Source: a virus
Lineage: Duplodnaviria; Caudoviricetes
Strand: one strand, 5' to 3'
Length of the DNA: 64,000 nucleotides
IMG/VR virus record: IMGVR_UViG_3300028591_000071
Shown here: piece after piece, positions 10,560 through 21,600 of the stretch
Layout: every line of letters begins with the position of its first letter
Numbering within the stretch: position 1 is the stretch's first letter
Program-made: the position numbers and the translations under genes
Notes under the pieces: model-generated
What the model saw: the letters and a program-made list of their open reading frames with translations, nothing else
Database searches by the model: none
What the model was told of the DNA's origin: nothing

Positions 10560-11420
10560 TTAGTCGTCCATTACATTGTCATATGTCTGATTAGCATCGA
10601 TTGTCTCCCTCTTTCTCTTAATATCGTATAGAGGGACACCGAGCCTGCTCTTCTTCGTATAATAGTCGTGTTGCTGATAAATTTCGTTCTCTTCGTTGTA
10701 AGTGGTGATGATTCCGTGGTCCCTGTCCCTTGCCTGGTCACCCTCGAGCATATAGGTTATGGTATCTGCATCGTGTTCGACCAACTCCACTTCAATGAGT
10801 TTTGGAGTGAAGAGTGTATTGGTGAGGATAATGTCCGCACCGGGCGTTCCTATATTCGGTCTTGCGTTCTGAGCAAAACTTGGTGATGATGACGGGGATA
10901 CGGTACAGAAAACAAGAGAACTTGATGTGTCCTCAAGGTTATATCTCGTGGCTTTTGGATAACCATCACCAATGGAAACCGTTACGGGCGCACACCTGTT
11001 GCAGGATTTAATCATCCTGATTTCGCCGGTATCAACCAACTCCATCCTATACCCGACAAGGTCACTTATGCCGGCAAGCGAATCTATGTTAAGGACAACA
11101 CCCCTCACGTCAGGATATGAAGACAATACACTTACATCAACTATTTTTGCCTTAATCTCTTTCGGTCTGATAAAGATGGTATAAATACCCTTCCTGTTGA
11201 ACTCGTCCAATGGGAGTCTGAGGTCATAAACACCATCTATCTGTTCCTTGTCGTCATCAGTGACGGCAGGAATGAGGCATTCGGCAGGGTCAAGAGGCTT
11301 ATATCCCTGAAAATTTTCGTCATCCGTACCTCTCGTCGGCCTATAGTGATATAAAACTTCTGCATCCCTATATGGTTCTATCTTGGCGGGCCTTATTGAC
11401 CCGAAAACACCACTAATCAT
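10560..11420 (-). CDS. Structural protein, probably baseplate (286 aa)
   Basis: Long ORF tightly packed (1-5 nt gaps) in the structural operon. Confidence 0.55.
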   Translation of the reverse strand: MISGVFGSIRPAKIEPYRDAEVLYHYRPTRGTDDENFQGYKPLDPAECLIPAVTDDDKEQIDGVYDLRLPLDEFNRKGIYTIFIRPKEIKAKIVDVSVLSSYPDVRGVVLNIDSLAGISDLVGYRMELVDTGEIRMIKSCNRCAPVTVSIGDGYPKATRYNLEDTSSSLVFCTVSPSSSPSFAQNARPNIGTPGADIILTNTLFTPKLIEVELVEHDADTITYMLEGDQARDRDHGIITTYNEENEIYQQHDYYTKKSRLGVPLYDIKRKRETIDANQTYDNVMDD

Positions 11421-11425
11421 CTTCT

Positions 11426-13789
11426 TTATAAATTATAATAGTTATTACCATAATTCTCAAGGTCTTCCATAGAATTGCATTCTGAAAGTTTGAAATGCCT
11501 CTCAAATGCAGCTGCGGAACCCCTGTCCATCGTCACGCTAAACCTACTCTTCGTATCTCCCATAAATAGCGGGACATCTTCTCTTGTAAACACCGGAGCA
11601 TCAAACATATCATCGTCATTGAACATCGTTCCTATCTCCATCCCGATGATTGTCGCAAGGTTTGCCATTCTATATGTGCCATACTCTTCGCTATACACTT
11701 CCTTCTTCGTCGATTCGGTATCAATCTTGTCGTAATAGATTACTATTCCGTCCCTTCCGTCTATCCTTATCTTTTTCTTCATTCCGTGTACATAAGGATA
11801 AGTCTCCTGATACTGTATTCCGGTATTTTCCACATATGTGTATTGTCCGTCGCTACCCTGTAGTTTTGCACCAATCGTATAAGTTATCGTCCACGAACTG
11901 TCAACTATTTCAATGCTGTTCACGTAATCCCCGACATACAAGTTATCATCAATCTCATATATGTTATGGGCAGAACCCTCGGTATACGGTATCCTGAATG
12001 TCTGAAGCCCTTTGCTTCCCATCGTGACCGGCTCACCCTGTCCCGAAAACATATACCCATTGTCTCTCTTGACCATAAAGTAATATGTATCGCCGTTTGA
12101 CGGGGTTAAAACCATATTCTTGAAGCATTCAAGAATGGTAACCGTCCTGTATTTGTTCTTTCCCTTCGTTGCCTCAGCACTTTCACCATCCGCACATTTG
12201 ATTGCGGCGGCTTCCGATTCGGTTAATCTTGTGCATTCCCACCATTTATAGTTATAGACAGTATAGCCCGTCGTCGTTGTCTTTATTCCGTGCCCATGGG
12301 AATCATTCACTTCTTCTTCCGACGTAGCGTTTGGCATATTAACCGGTGTTACACTCTGAAGGAGAACCCTGTCAACATCTGTTCTTGTCAGGGCAGGTAC
12401 TTCTTCCGTGCCCTCTAATGTACCCCTTTCTACATAATCGCTATTATCATAAACAATTACATATGAAATACCTTCGCCCGTAACACTGCTGTTGTCCTCA
12501 TAATACGTGCACTTCAACAGGTTTGTCTTTTTGCCTTCCTCAGGAAAATCAACCCACGCCCCAACCAATCCTTCAACGGTCTCCGCATCATCATCTATAA
12601 CATAATACAACTTTGATTCAACCGTTGCTGAAATTGCTGAAAACACCGGAACAACCGTACCGTTCTGTGTATAAGCACTCTTTGATTCTATGTATGATTC
12701 ATAAACGGTCTCATAAGAGCATTCCTGTTCAATTGATATAGGGAAGGAAATATATGGAGCGACAAACGTCATTCCCATTCCGTTATCCGGAACACTTGGT
12801 ATTGATTGCGGAAATTCCAATTCGTTAGCCCTCTTCTTGAGAAAATCATACATTGCATCTCCGCCGTGTTCGTTCCATTCCTTAAGGCCCTGCTCACTCT
12901 TGTTGCCCTTTCTCTTCTCAAACCAATCTATATGTTTCTGTATGTTCGTATAAAACACAAAATCAGGTACATATATTCCACTTATATTATACGGAACCTC
13001 AATCTTGCCTATGACATACTTGTCAACAAACTCCATGAACTGATACAGTCCAACCTCGTTGTCACTCCCTTCGAACATCTCGAGACACCACGTCTTGCCG
13101 GTATGTACGTACTTGTTTTCTTCAATGTCCGTATATTCCGTTTCAGCACTGAACCACCAATTCTCTATCTTTTTCAACTCATCGTAATCATCAACTATGA
13201 CATAGAACTTTCCCCGCTCTATATCTTCCTCCGTGGTTGTCATGCCGTAGATGTGCCTGTCTTTTGCATAATTACGCGAATCAACGGGTATGAATTCATA
13301 TCTTGCCCTTTTCAAGCCCGAATAATCTTCTTCCGATATCAGGTCGGTAAGGCAAAGGGCACTGGTCTTGTTCTCAATAACAACCGTTTCGCCGCAGCCG
13401 CTCCCGTATATACCGACAACGTTTCTCCCGCCAACAAAGGTCGGCACCTCGATTTTTTCGCCATCCATTTCTTCAATATGTACGGTCTCGTCAACTATAT
13501 TCGTTTCATTGACCACACACTTTGTCCTGATGCCCGATTCTATTATCCTGTTGGCTTCATTGTACCTTCTTATTATGTCGCAATACCTTACCCTGTCAAC
13601 GACCTTTTCCTTCTCCGTCTTTTTTTCAAGTATCCCGATGTCCGAAACAAGCATACCCCAATTCCCGTTCTCATTCTCATTCGACACAAGATACATTTCC
13701 GGGTCAGAATTGAACGGAATATATGGCAAGACCCCATTGGTCCTGCTCTTGCTCTTCTCTATGCTTATCTTTTTCCTAACTGGCTCCAT
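11426..13789 (-). CDS. Structural protein (~787 aa; likely start MEPVRKK at 13789 rather than 13822)
   Basis: Long ORF; C-terminal MDRGSAAAFERHFKLSECNSMEDLENYGNNYYNL; the start overlaps the upstream stop. Confidence 0.6.
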   Translation of the reverse strand: MEPVRKKISIEKSKSRTNGVLPYIPFNSDPEMYLVSNENENGNWGMLVSDIGILEKKTEKEKVVDRVRYCDIIRRYNEANRIIESGIRTKCVVNETNIVDETVHIEEMDGEKIEVPTFVGGRNVVGIYGSGCGETVVIENKTSALCLTDLISEEDYSGLKRARYEFIPVDSRNYAKDRHIYGMTTTEEDIERGKFYVIVDDYDELKKIENWWFSAETEYTDIEENKYVHTGKTWCLEMFEGSDNEVGLYQFMEFVDKYVIGKIEVPYNISGIYVPDFVFYTNIQKHIDWFEKRKGNKSEQGLKEWNEHGGDAMYDFLKKRANELEFPQSIPSVPDNGMGMTFVAPYISFPISIEQECSYETVYESYIESKSAYTQNGTVVPVFSAISATVESKLYYVIDDDAETVEGLVGAWVDFPEEGKKTNLLKCTYYEDNSSVTGEGISYVIVYDNSDYVERGTLEGTEEVPALTRTDVDRVLLQSVTPVNMPNATSEEEVNDSHGHGIKTTTTGYTVYNYKWWECTRLTESEAAAIKCADGESAEATKGKNKYRTVTILECFKNMVLTPSNGDTYYFMVKRDNGYMFSGQGEPVTMGSKGLQTFRIPYTEGSAHNIYEIDDNLYVGDYVNSIEIVDSSWTITYTIGAKLQGSDGQYTYVENTGIQYQETYPYVHGMKKKIRIDGRDGIVIYYDKIDTESTKKEVYSEEYGTYRMANLATIIGMEIGTMFNDDDMFDAPVFTREDVPLFMGDTKSRFSVTMDRGSAAAFERHFKLSECNSMEDLENYGNNYYNL

Positions 13790-15935
13790 CGTTATATTCA
13801 AGTTTCGGTTCGAACAGGACAAGTCTTATGTTCCCGTCTTCATTTATCGCATCAGGTATGGTGTAAACATACTTTTCATCAATGTACTGCACTCTTACGG
13901 GGATGTAAAGATTTTGCATGAAATTAGCTACCGTGAGTGCACTATAACCGTTGTCATCATGCGGCCAAATTATCATTGGTATTGTTTTTCCGTTACCGGC
14001 GTGATTGAATTCAACCTTCATATAAATAGTTCTGTAGGTATTTCCACTATCTACCTTTTCAGCATCATCCTTGAACAGATAAATATTAAATCCCTCGCTT
14101 GATGTCATCATATTGTATTCATTTTCAATCACTATCTCAGTGTCAAGCCTTGCTGATGCTGAGTTGTTGTCAAAGAACACAATAGGGACTGACAACTCCT
14201 TCTTCCCGAGCAGGGATGCCCTAAGAAGAAATTGTTTCATGAACTTTCCGTACAATGCGGTGGTGTCAAAAAACGATGTTGAATAATAAAGCAGTTTCTG
14301 TTCCACCGGGTCTTTGGATGTGTAATAAGAGAACCTTAAGAACGACTTGGACACCTTTGACTTCCTGTACATTATATCGCTGTCCGTGAAATCAAGCACT
14401 CCTATCATATCGGAAACCTTCCCGCTCGCTTCAACAAACTCTTTCATCTTTTGCGGGCTGAACGTCGCTTCCTCATAATCCATCCCGTTCCACCATATGG
14501 TCGCCGCCGAATCCGGGTTTATATTCCACCCATCGAGATATGGGCTGTAATCTAAATCAAAGCCTATTGCCTTCGCCGCTTCCTGTGATTCCTTGTCTAT
14601 CTCTTCACGCTTCCTGAAATGGAAATCAAACGTTATTGACGTTGCGGGTTTCAATCCATCTTCACCGTAATCAATGTGCGGTGAATATTTAACCTTTTCC
14701 ATGTCAATGACATCAGGAATGGCCGCATCCATTATCCGTTGGGCATAAACCAAATCTGATTCGTCATTTACAACGGTTCCAATCATATCTTCGGAAGAAA
14801 ACGCAAGGAACGGGACTTTCCAATATCCCGAATATCTGGTCAACTCCACGTGGCTTATCCCCGGTCTCTCATATACCACCTTTCGTGGTTGGTTTTCATT
14901 ATTTACTTCAAGGATTGGCCACCAAGGGTCTCCCCACATCGTACATCGTTTCCTCAAGTCCTCCGAATACATGAAAGTATAGTAGTATTCATTATAAACA
15001 GGCTCGAAATACGATGCGTGTTCTATAAGATATATCGCAGCATCATAATTGTCTTCTATGACTTCTCCCGATGGATATTTGCCTATCGTGGACGCTGACG
15101 TGAAGAGAATTGCGTTCCTACTGAATGATGACGGACAATATGTGTATGTATATACCTTGAAATCATAAGGATAACCGCTTATGTCGTACTTTCCGCAAGT
15201 ATCATATCCACTATATGTCAAAGTGTCGGCAGACGTAACCGTCATCGGAATACCCGTGAATGGAATCGATACGCCGTCAATGTATCCTATCCTGTTTCCG
15301 TTCATATCAAAGGCACACAACGAAAATCCGCTCAAATAATCATTTGCCGCCGCAATATCCTGTTGGTATATGCCGTGCGGTTCGTTGAACCTTATCAGGA
15401 AATGTTCGTATTCAACATCATCTTCCGTCTTCCCGCTGACGTGCATGACCGAGTCGTCAATTTTAAGGCCATCGTCTTCCATTACAATCAGATAACCCAT
15501 CTTAGGGTCAAAATACCCTTTCCCAACGGACATTGATGTGGCAGACATCGCTTCGTCGGTATCTCCGCTAAATGTAAGAAGGGTATGAATGTCGGCACTT
15601 GTGGATGCAGAAATTATCTTAAGGTCGTAATTCCTATCCCTGAGATATAGTTTTCTCTTTGGCGGAAGCGTTGTATACATGGCGTCCCATATTCCGTTCT
15701 CGTCTTCAAATTCAGTCTTTTCAAGAATCTGAACAGGCGACGTTGCCGTTTCATAAACGCCGTCATCCCCATAGACAATCCTCCTGAAATACAACATCTC
15801 CCCGATATTCATCTTCCAATTGATATTGTTTGTGAACACAATAAAGAGCCTGTCGCCTTCCTCAGCCATCATATAGACATCGGTCGGATAATATCCGTAT
15901 ATCTTCTTCCTTGAGTTTACCTTTATCGCATCCAT
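13776..15935 (-). CDS. Structural protein (~719 aa; likely start MDAIKV, TAATG overlap)
   Basis: Long ORF; KSFLRFSYY and IYMKVEFNHAGNG motifs; seven S[GA]xT motifs. Confidence 0.6.
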   Translation of the reverse strand: MDAIKVNSRKKIYGYYPTDVYMMAEEGDRLFIVFTNNINWKMNIGEMLYFRRIVYGDDGVYETATSPVQILEKTEFEDENGIWDAMYTTLPPKRKLYLRDRNYDLKIISASTSADIHTLLTFSGDTDEAMSATSMSVGKGYFDPKMGYLIVMEDDGLKIDDSVMHVSGKTEDDVEYEHFLIRFNEPHGIYQQDIAAANDYLSGFSLCAFDMNGNRIGYIDGVSIPFTGIPMTVTSADTLTYSGYDTCGKYDISGYPYDFKVYTYTYCPSSFSRNAILFTSASTIGKYPSGEVIEDNYDAAIYLIEHASYFEPVYNEYYYTFMYSEDLRKRCTMWGDPWWPILEVNNENQPRKVVYERPGISHVELTRYSGYWKVPFLAFSSEDMIGTVVNDESDLVYAQRIMDAAIPDVIDMEKVKYSPHIDYGEDGLKPATSITFDFHFRKREEIDKESQEAAKAIGFDLDYSPYLDGWNINPDSAATIWWNGMDYEEATFSPQKMKEFVEASGKVSDMIGVLDFTDSDIMYRKSKVSKSFLRFSYYTSKDPVEQKLLYYSTSFFDTTALYGKFMKQFLLRASLLGKKELSVPIVFFDNNSASARLDTEIVIENEYNMMTSSEGFNIYLFKDDAEKVDSGNTYRTIYMKVEFNHAGNGKTIPMIIWPHDDNGYSALTVANFMQNLYIPVRVQYIDEKYVYTIPDAINEDGNIRLVLFEPKLEYNDGAS

Positions 15936-18652
15936 TAGTAACAAATATTGTTCAGATTATTATAAAAATTGTATACCGAACTCAAGTCGAGCCTGTCTGA
16001 CGAACTCTCAAGCCTGAAATATTCCATAGGGTTGTATATATCCGTACCCTTAGCCCACAGCAGGCCGAAATCACCGAACGGGTCCTGTCTCCTTAAGAAG
16101 AACGTTATATTCTTTTCAATATAGAAATGCCCGTTGGCAAAAGGTATGTCATATAGTTCGGAATCCTGTGTCATGAGTGACGGACTGACAAACCCCCTCC
16201 ATACAAACGACCTTGTCTCCTTGTCAAACGCGGCATAAGTAGGTATGGCATCTTCGCTGTAATACGCCCTGAATCGCCTATCGGGGCCATTGGATAGGGC
16301 TCCCTTTATCTCGTCACTTGTCTTCCCGAACGGAACGCCCTCAAACGAAAGGGTAAGTTTCATACTGTCCACTTTCTTTATCTCACCCCACGCAATTACC
16401 GGCGGGTAATAAACACCGTCAACGATTCCGCCTTCGTCATAAAAAGCGATATAGTCACCCTTCTTGAAGTTATAATCGGTTGGAACGGCTATCTTTATGG
16501 TTGTGTTCTCAAGTCCCTCAACACCTACGACTTCTCCAAACTTATAATTAATCAATTTCGCCCTTCTTTTCTCAACAGATTCGGAATCTTCCTTCAACTG
16601 AATCCTTGTGTGCGGATTATAGAAATACCCTTCAGGACAGATATTTGCTGATATTACAACTTCTTCTCTATTATACTTGGTTTCTGAAAGATTCTCTTCT
16701 TTAACCTCGAATCCGGCTAATCGTCCGCCGCTCTCCTGCCTGAAGTCATAATCATCGGATTTTAACTTATCATATGGCATTTTGGTATACTTGGAGCCCT
16801 TATATTCCCTCTGTGCCGTATTGAATCTGTATAGAACAGGGGTTATCTCCGTTTCAGTATAATACGACGGGTCAAATTCAACGACATTACCATAAAATGT
16901 ATCGTCATCAATCGTTATATCATAACAAACTGCAGATGGAACGCCAAACAGGATTGTCTGACCGAACGAAGAACACGCTAAAAGGTCCCCCGATTCATAC
17001 ATGGTTGTTCCTGTTATGTCTATATTATGCAGATATCGTATGTTATAATCGAACTGTGCCGCAGACGACGGCCCGAAGTCAACACCCGCAGTAACCTCGC
17101 CGAAGCAATGCGAAAACTCTATGCCCGAAGACGAATAATCATTTGTGCTGTTGTCATACCACTCATCGTGCCCCGCATTCCTCTTGACTACCGTGAAATA
17201 GATTTCAGAGACGGGTCTGCCGCGATGGTCCTCAAGTTCACTGATATCAACATCGTCGGTAAAAACTACCTGTGCGACCCTGTCCCCGTAGATATTCTCC
17301 GCAAACGCAAGTTTATTGACATCACTCCTTAAGTTCTGTTCATCTCCGTTGGAGTCCTTTCTCTTTATCTTCTTGTATATCCTGAAATAGTACTGACACT
17401 CGCTTCCGTTCGACACTTTCTTATAGAACATCTCTTCGGAGATGTTTTCATATATGTTCTTCACGTCACTTATTCTTATGCTGAAATATCTGTCCTTTTC
17501 AGCCCCGTCAAGATTACCGACAGATGAAATCTTGACCTTTAATGGATATTTTACGAACGGCAGGCCTTCGGCATTCGATGCGGTATCCCCTGAATAATAA
17601 TAGATATTTATGTAGCTTCCGACAGATAAAGTATGCTTGAAAGACGACTTATACATAATGGTATTGTCATCAACATATGCCGCCTCGGTACTTATTGTCC
17701 CCCCATATCCCCCGCAAACGGTATCAACCATATCAGTGTCCGCCGAATATGGATATGTAAGGCAATAGTCCCAATTCTTTTCAGGCCTTTGTCTGAACTT
17801 GTTGTATTTCGGCAGGAAGGAATATAATGAACGGTCAGGATACATATCTATGAACTCACAAGCTTTGTTGTTTGCGAGCATCCTGTTTATCGTCACGCCA
17901 CTGCTTTTTCCTCCGGAATTCGGTATGTCAATGTATCCGGGATTTGTAAAACCAATCCACCCGTCCTTCTCCTTTATTCTATTGAGATATGCGTCCCTGA
18001 GAGTCGTTATGCTCTCTGAATTATAAAGATGAAGCCTAGTCTTTTCCATGTCGTTTGGATTAATCATGTTCTCTATGAAATTTCCTTCACCATCACGCAT
18101 ATAGTCTTTTATTGTATTATAGACCTCCTTGCTGTCAGGCTTGGTAGTGTTGTTCATCATATTCACATGAGCGAAAGTATCTGACCTCAGCATATGGTTG
18201 TTGAATATATCCATTCCGCAATGATAGACGAATCCTCCGTTTGACTTATGGCTATACTCGGTATCTTTTATCGCCTGTTTCCTCGTTATCTTGGATGTGT
18301 TCTGAATCGTATCAGCCACCGTTCCGTCTTCCCTCTTCACATCTTCGGGATTTATTGCGGAGGTCTCAAGGTCCGTAAGTACAATGGCATCTTCAGAGCC
18401 CTCGTTTTGAACAATTTCGGTCTGCACATTAAAAAGAACGTTGCTGCAGATTGGATTTACTACAAATATAAACCTATACTTATCACAAGCATCCCTTTCA
18501 GCGAGATACTGTTCATATAGGGAAAGATTTGCATAAATGCTATTCCCTTGGAGTGTCTTTGATTTCGTTGTCAAATCCACTCCAATGGTATTGCTCACAT
18601 TCACAGCATCCCTATATCGGTTTTCTTCTAATAGTATCTTCGTTCCCATCAC
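15935..18652 (-). CDS. Structural protein (905 aa)
   Basis: Long ORF, translationally coupled on both sides in the baseplate operon. Confidence 0.6.
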   Translation of the reverse strand: MMGTKILLEENRYRDAVNVSNTIGVDLTTKSKTLQGNSIYANLSLYEQYLAERDACDKYRFIFVVNPICSNVLFNVQTEIVQNEGSEDAIVLTDLETSAINPEDVKREDGTVADTIQNTSKITRKQAIKDTEYSHKSNGGFVYHCGMDIFNNHMLRSDTFAHVNMMNNTTKPDSKEVYNTIKDYMRDGEGNFIENMINPNDMEKTRLHLYNSESITTLRDAYLNRIKEKDGWIGFTNPGYIDIPNSGGKSSGVTINRMLANNKACEFIDMYPDRSLYSFLPKYNKFRQRPEKNWDYCLTYPYSADTDMVDTVCGGYGGTISTEAAYVDDNTIMYKSSFKHTLSVGSYINIYYYSGDTASNAEGLPFVKYPLKVKISSVGNLDGAEKDRYFSIRISDVKNIYENISEEMFYKKVSNGSECQYYFRIYKKIKRKDSNGDEQNLRSDVNKLAFAENIYGDRVAQVVFTDDVDISELEDHRGRPVSEIYFTVVKRNAGHDEWYDNSTNDYSSSGIEFSHCFGEVTAGVDFGPSSAAQFDYNIRYLHNIDITGTTMYESGDLLACSSFGQTILFGVPSAVCYDITIDDDTFYGNVVEFDPSYYTETEITPVLYRFNTAQREYKGSKYTKMPYDKLKSDDYDFRQESGGRLAGFEVKEENLSETKYNREEVVISANICPEGYFYNPHTRIQLKEDSESVEKRRAKLINYKFGEVVGVEGLENTTIKIAVPTDYNFKKGDYIAFYDEGGIVDGVYYPPVIAWGEIKKVDSMKLTLSFEGVPFGKTSDEIKGALSNGPDRRFRAYYSEDAIPTYAAFDKETRSFVWRGFVSPSLMTQDSELYDIPFANGHFYIEKNITFFLRRQDPFGDFGLLWAKGTDIYNPMEYFRLESSSDRLDLSSVYNFYNNLNNICY

Positions 18653-21600
18653 TGTTCAAATTTATATTTATAAGTTGCTTTTTGAGTATTCTTTATCAGA
18701 ATCTCATAACTACCTTCTCCAAATATCCAACAATGCAAGACTAAATCGAATCTGTTGCTGTTAATTGATAGCGGATTGCTGCCAGATAACGGTATCTCTA
18801 AGAGTCCCGTGGTCAGACTGCTTGCGGTAACCTCTCTGGAGACCATATTTCCATTGATTGTATACCAGAACGAGACAGAACCCGTAATATTTTTAACTTC
18901 AATCATTGGCAATGATGTAAGTTTGATATATTCAATATTTTTGCCATATTCAGCCGACGCCACAACGAACTCGTCATTGCTGTCATTTATTTTTTCTATC
19001 TCAACCGATGGCGAGATGAAATCGCTCTGTTCGCCGTCATCACCTTCACCGCCTTCACCAGGGTGGCCTCCTCTCTGATAAATAACCAATGTTGTGGTAC
19101 CGGTAGGCGGACCTTGCCACGTTAATTCTATCTTACGTTCTCTTTCTTCCTCGTTTTCGTTCGGATAAACTGTTATAGATACCGGTACGTATTGTGTACC
19201 ATCCGCATCAGTACTTCCGCCACCGTAAGTTATATCAAAGAAATTAGACTCCGATGTAGGACTTATAGTATAGTCTGTCGCAGCGCTGAACACTTTGGCG
19301 TAAATCTCCACGGTTTCACCCGAAGAACCAACCGTAACCATTGTTATAGCATTTTCATCGCTCGGATTATCAATAAATAACGCAAGGGCATACCTGCCTT
19401 CAAGCGTGTTAGATGCAACTGGGTCTAAATAAATTCTATATACATTTCCATTGGCATTCCCGTTTTCGTCTTCAAAATGTTGAACACCTATTACGATGAA
19501 TCGGTCTGCGCCCCTGGTGGACATAGGTTCTCCAGGGACAATAGCACTACTACGGTCTAAACGACTCTTTATCGCCTTGGACATGGACCATGTTCCCCCA
19601 CTGACAACCGTCGACAATATCTTTATGGACTTCCTGAATCCAATCTTTGGTTTCCCCTTCTCCGGTGGCATGTTCATCGTAGAAGCCGATGCTTCAGCCA
19701 AATACCTTTCCAAATCTCCTATTCTAATGCGGTTTTGTTTCGACACTTTTATCGCATGAATCTTGTAGTCGGATTCGCCGTTATCACTATCACCATCGTC
19801 GGTTTCTTCAGTCCAAGGAAGATATGCTTTTATTTTTCTTCCTTCATCGGCTATCTGTATAATAATATCACCACCGTAAGTATCATAAATAGCCCCCTCT
19901 TCAAAGTATCCTAATACATAAAGCATCTTAGGACTATTAAAGAGCGATATTCGCGGATATGTCGGCACATACTTGTAATTATCCTCATAGAAAATGTCAT
20001 CACTCCTACCTTCAAACGGGACAAGATAATATGTGATATTATCATATCCACCCTCGCTGTCACCCCACAATCTTATTTCATCATTTCCCACCAATTGATA
20101 ATACATGGTATTATGGAACGCACTTCCCATTTTTAGTTCGACCGATACCGCTTCTGCCTTATATGCATTGTAATTCTCATATAACGTATCAGTGTCCAAA
20201 ATCTTGTATGCCAGTATATCGTTACCATGAACATAATAAGGGAAACCTTCTGTTATCCCAAATGACGGGTCATCAATGCGTTCATCAGTAAAGCCCGATA
20301 CTTGTTTGCTCCTATTTGCTGTTAAACCCATATAATCAGGCAGAGGGCCGACATTTATTTGTGTCTTCCCCTCATTGTCGCTATTATCGGACCTGTTATA
20401 GATTCCGGTTATATAGGAATCCCCTGCAAAACATTGTTTGAAAGTGACTCCATTCATTATGTCAGCCTCAATCTTTTCCCCGCGAATTTCCGATACCGCC
20501 GTAGGCTTTGAAATCCCATCAGTATCTGTAACCATTTCCAACTTGGTATCCATTATTTCGAAATAGTTTACTTTGACTTCGAAATGTTTCTTGATTACAG
20601 GATAATTGATGGTTGGATAAACCACTCCGTTCTCATACAGTCCACCTTCGTCATCATCACCAAACAGGGTTATGCTTCCTCCGCCGGGATTTACATAAGC
20701 AGGCATAACGTTACCATACGGAACAGGTTTAAATATGCATCCATCCCCTTCCCTTAATAACGATGACGAAGCATCCAACGCCTTAGTCATGCCATTCTTG
20801 TTGGTGATAGTAGACGCATAATTTCCACAAACCATGGAATCGTTCACCGTCATGGCATTATAATTATAGATTGGTCTTTCCGGCTTTTCGTTTATTGTTA
20901 ATGTGGCATAATAAGATGCATCATCATCCAAGGAATAACCATCAGGTATTGCAATATCATATTCGGCTGATGATATAGGTTCGTTTTCATTAATATAAAC
21001 ACCATTAACTGATTGTGGGCTTCCAAACAACCATTTCAACCCGTTTATAGGTCGCACGTGACTTGAGAACGGCACTAATTTACCATATGGATATAGGATA
21101 CTCTTCTTTATATCCCAAGCCAAAAAACTACCGGTCGTGTCTTCTAGATAACTCCTCCACCAGTTATCAGGCGTCATCGCATCACCCGCAAGTTCCTTAT
21201 ATTCCGTTGCCAACACCGGGCCCATGGTGAGATTAAGGGTGCTCGTATCCAAAAGGGTAAATGATGATATTTTCAGATAAACGGCATTCCCGCCATTGCA
21301 CCGATAACTGACATAGATGTCATAAGGAGTATTTGCTGAATTCAAATAAAGATATGTATCCCCGCCTTCAACAACCGTAACGGATTTCTCCGCATTACCT
21401 GCGGGGTTTCCTCCTTCGGCCACGGCCACAAGCTTCAGGTCACTGATTTCAGTTTCTTCATCATCTTCAGGGATATTAATTTTAACATCGGTTCCAAGTA
21501 TGTATCCACCTTCAAAAATGCTGCCGCCACCCCTGCTGGTATTCTGCCAAATCTTATTGAAATCATACTTTTCGAACGACCCTCCAATTACTCCGGCTCC

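Noticed and set aside
12806-14102. Long plus-strand ORFs (371 aa, 244 aa) and the many other short antisense ORFs in the track
   Set aside because: They are shadows of long minus-strand genes, with no recognisable motifs and atypical composition.
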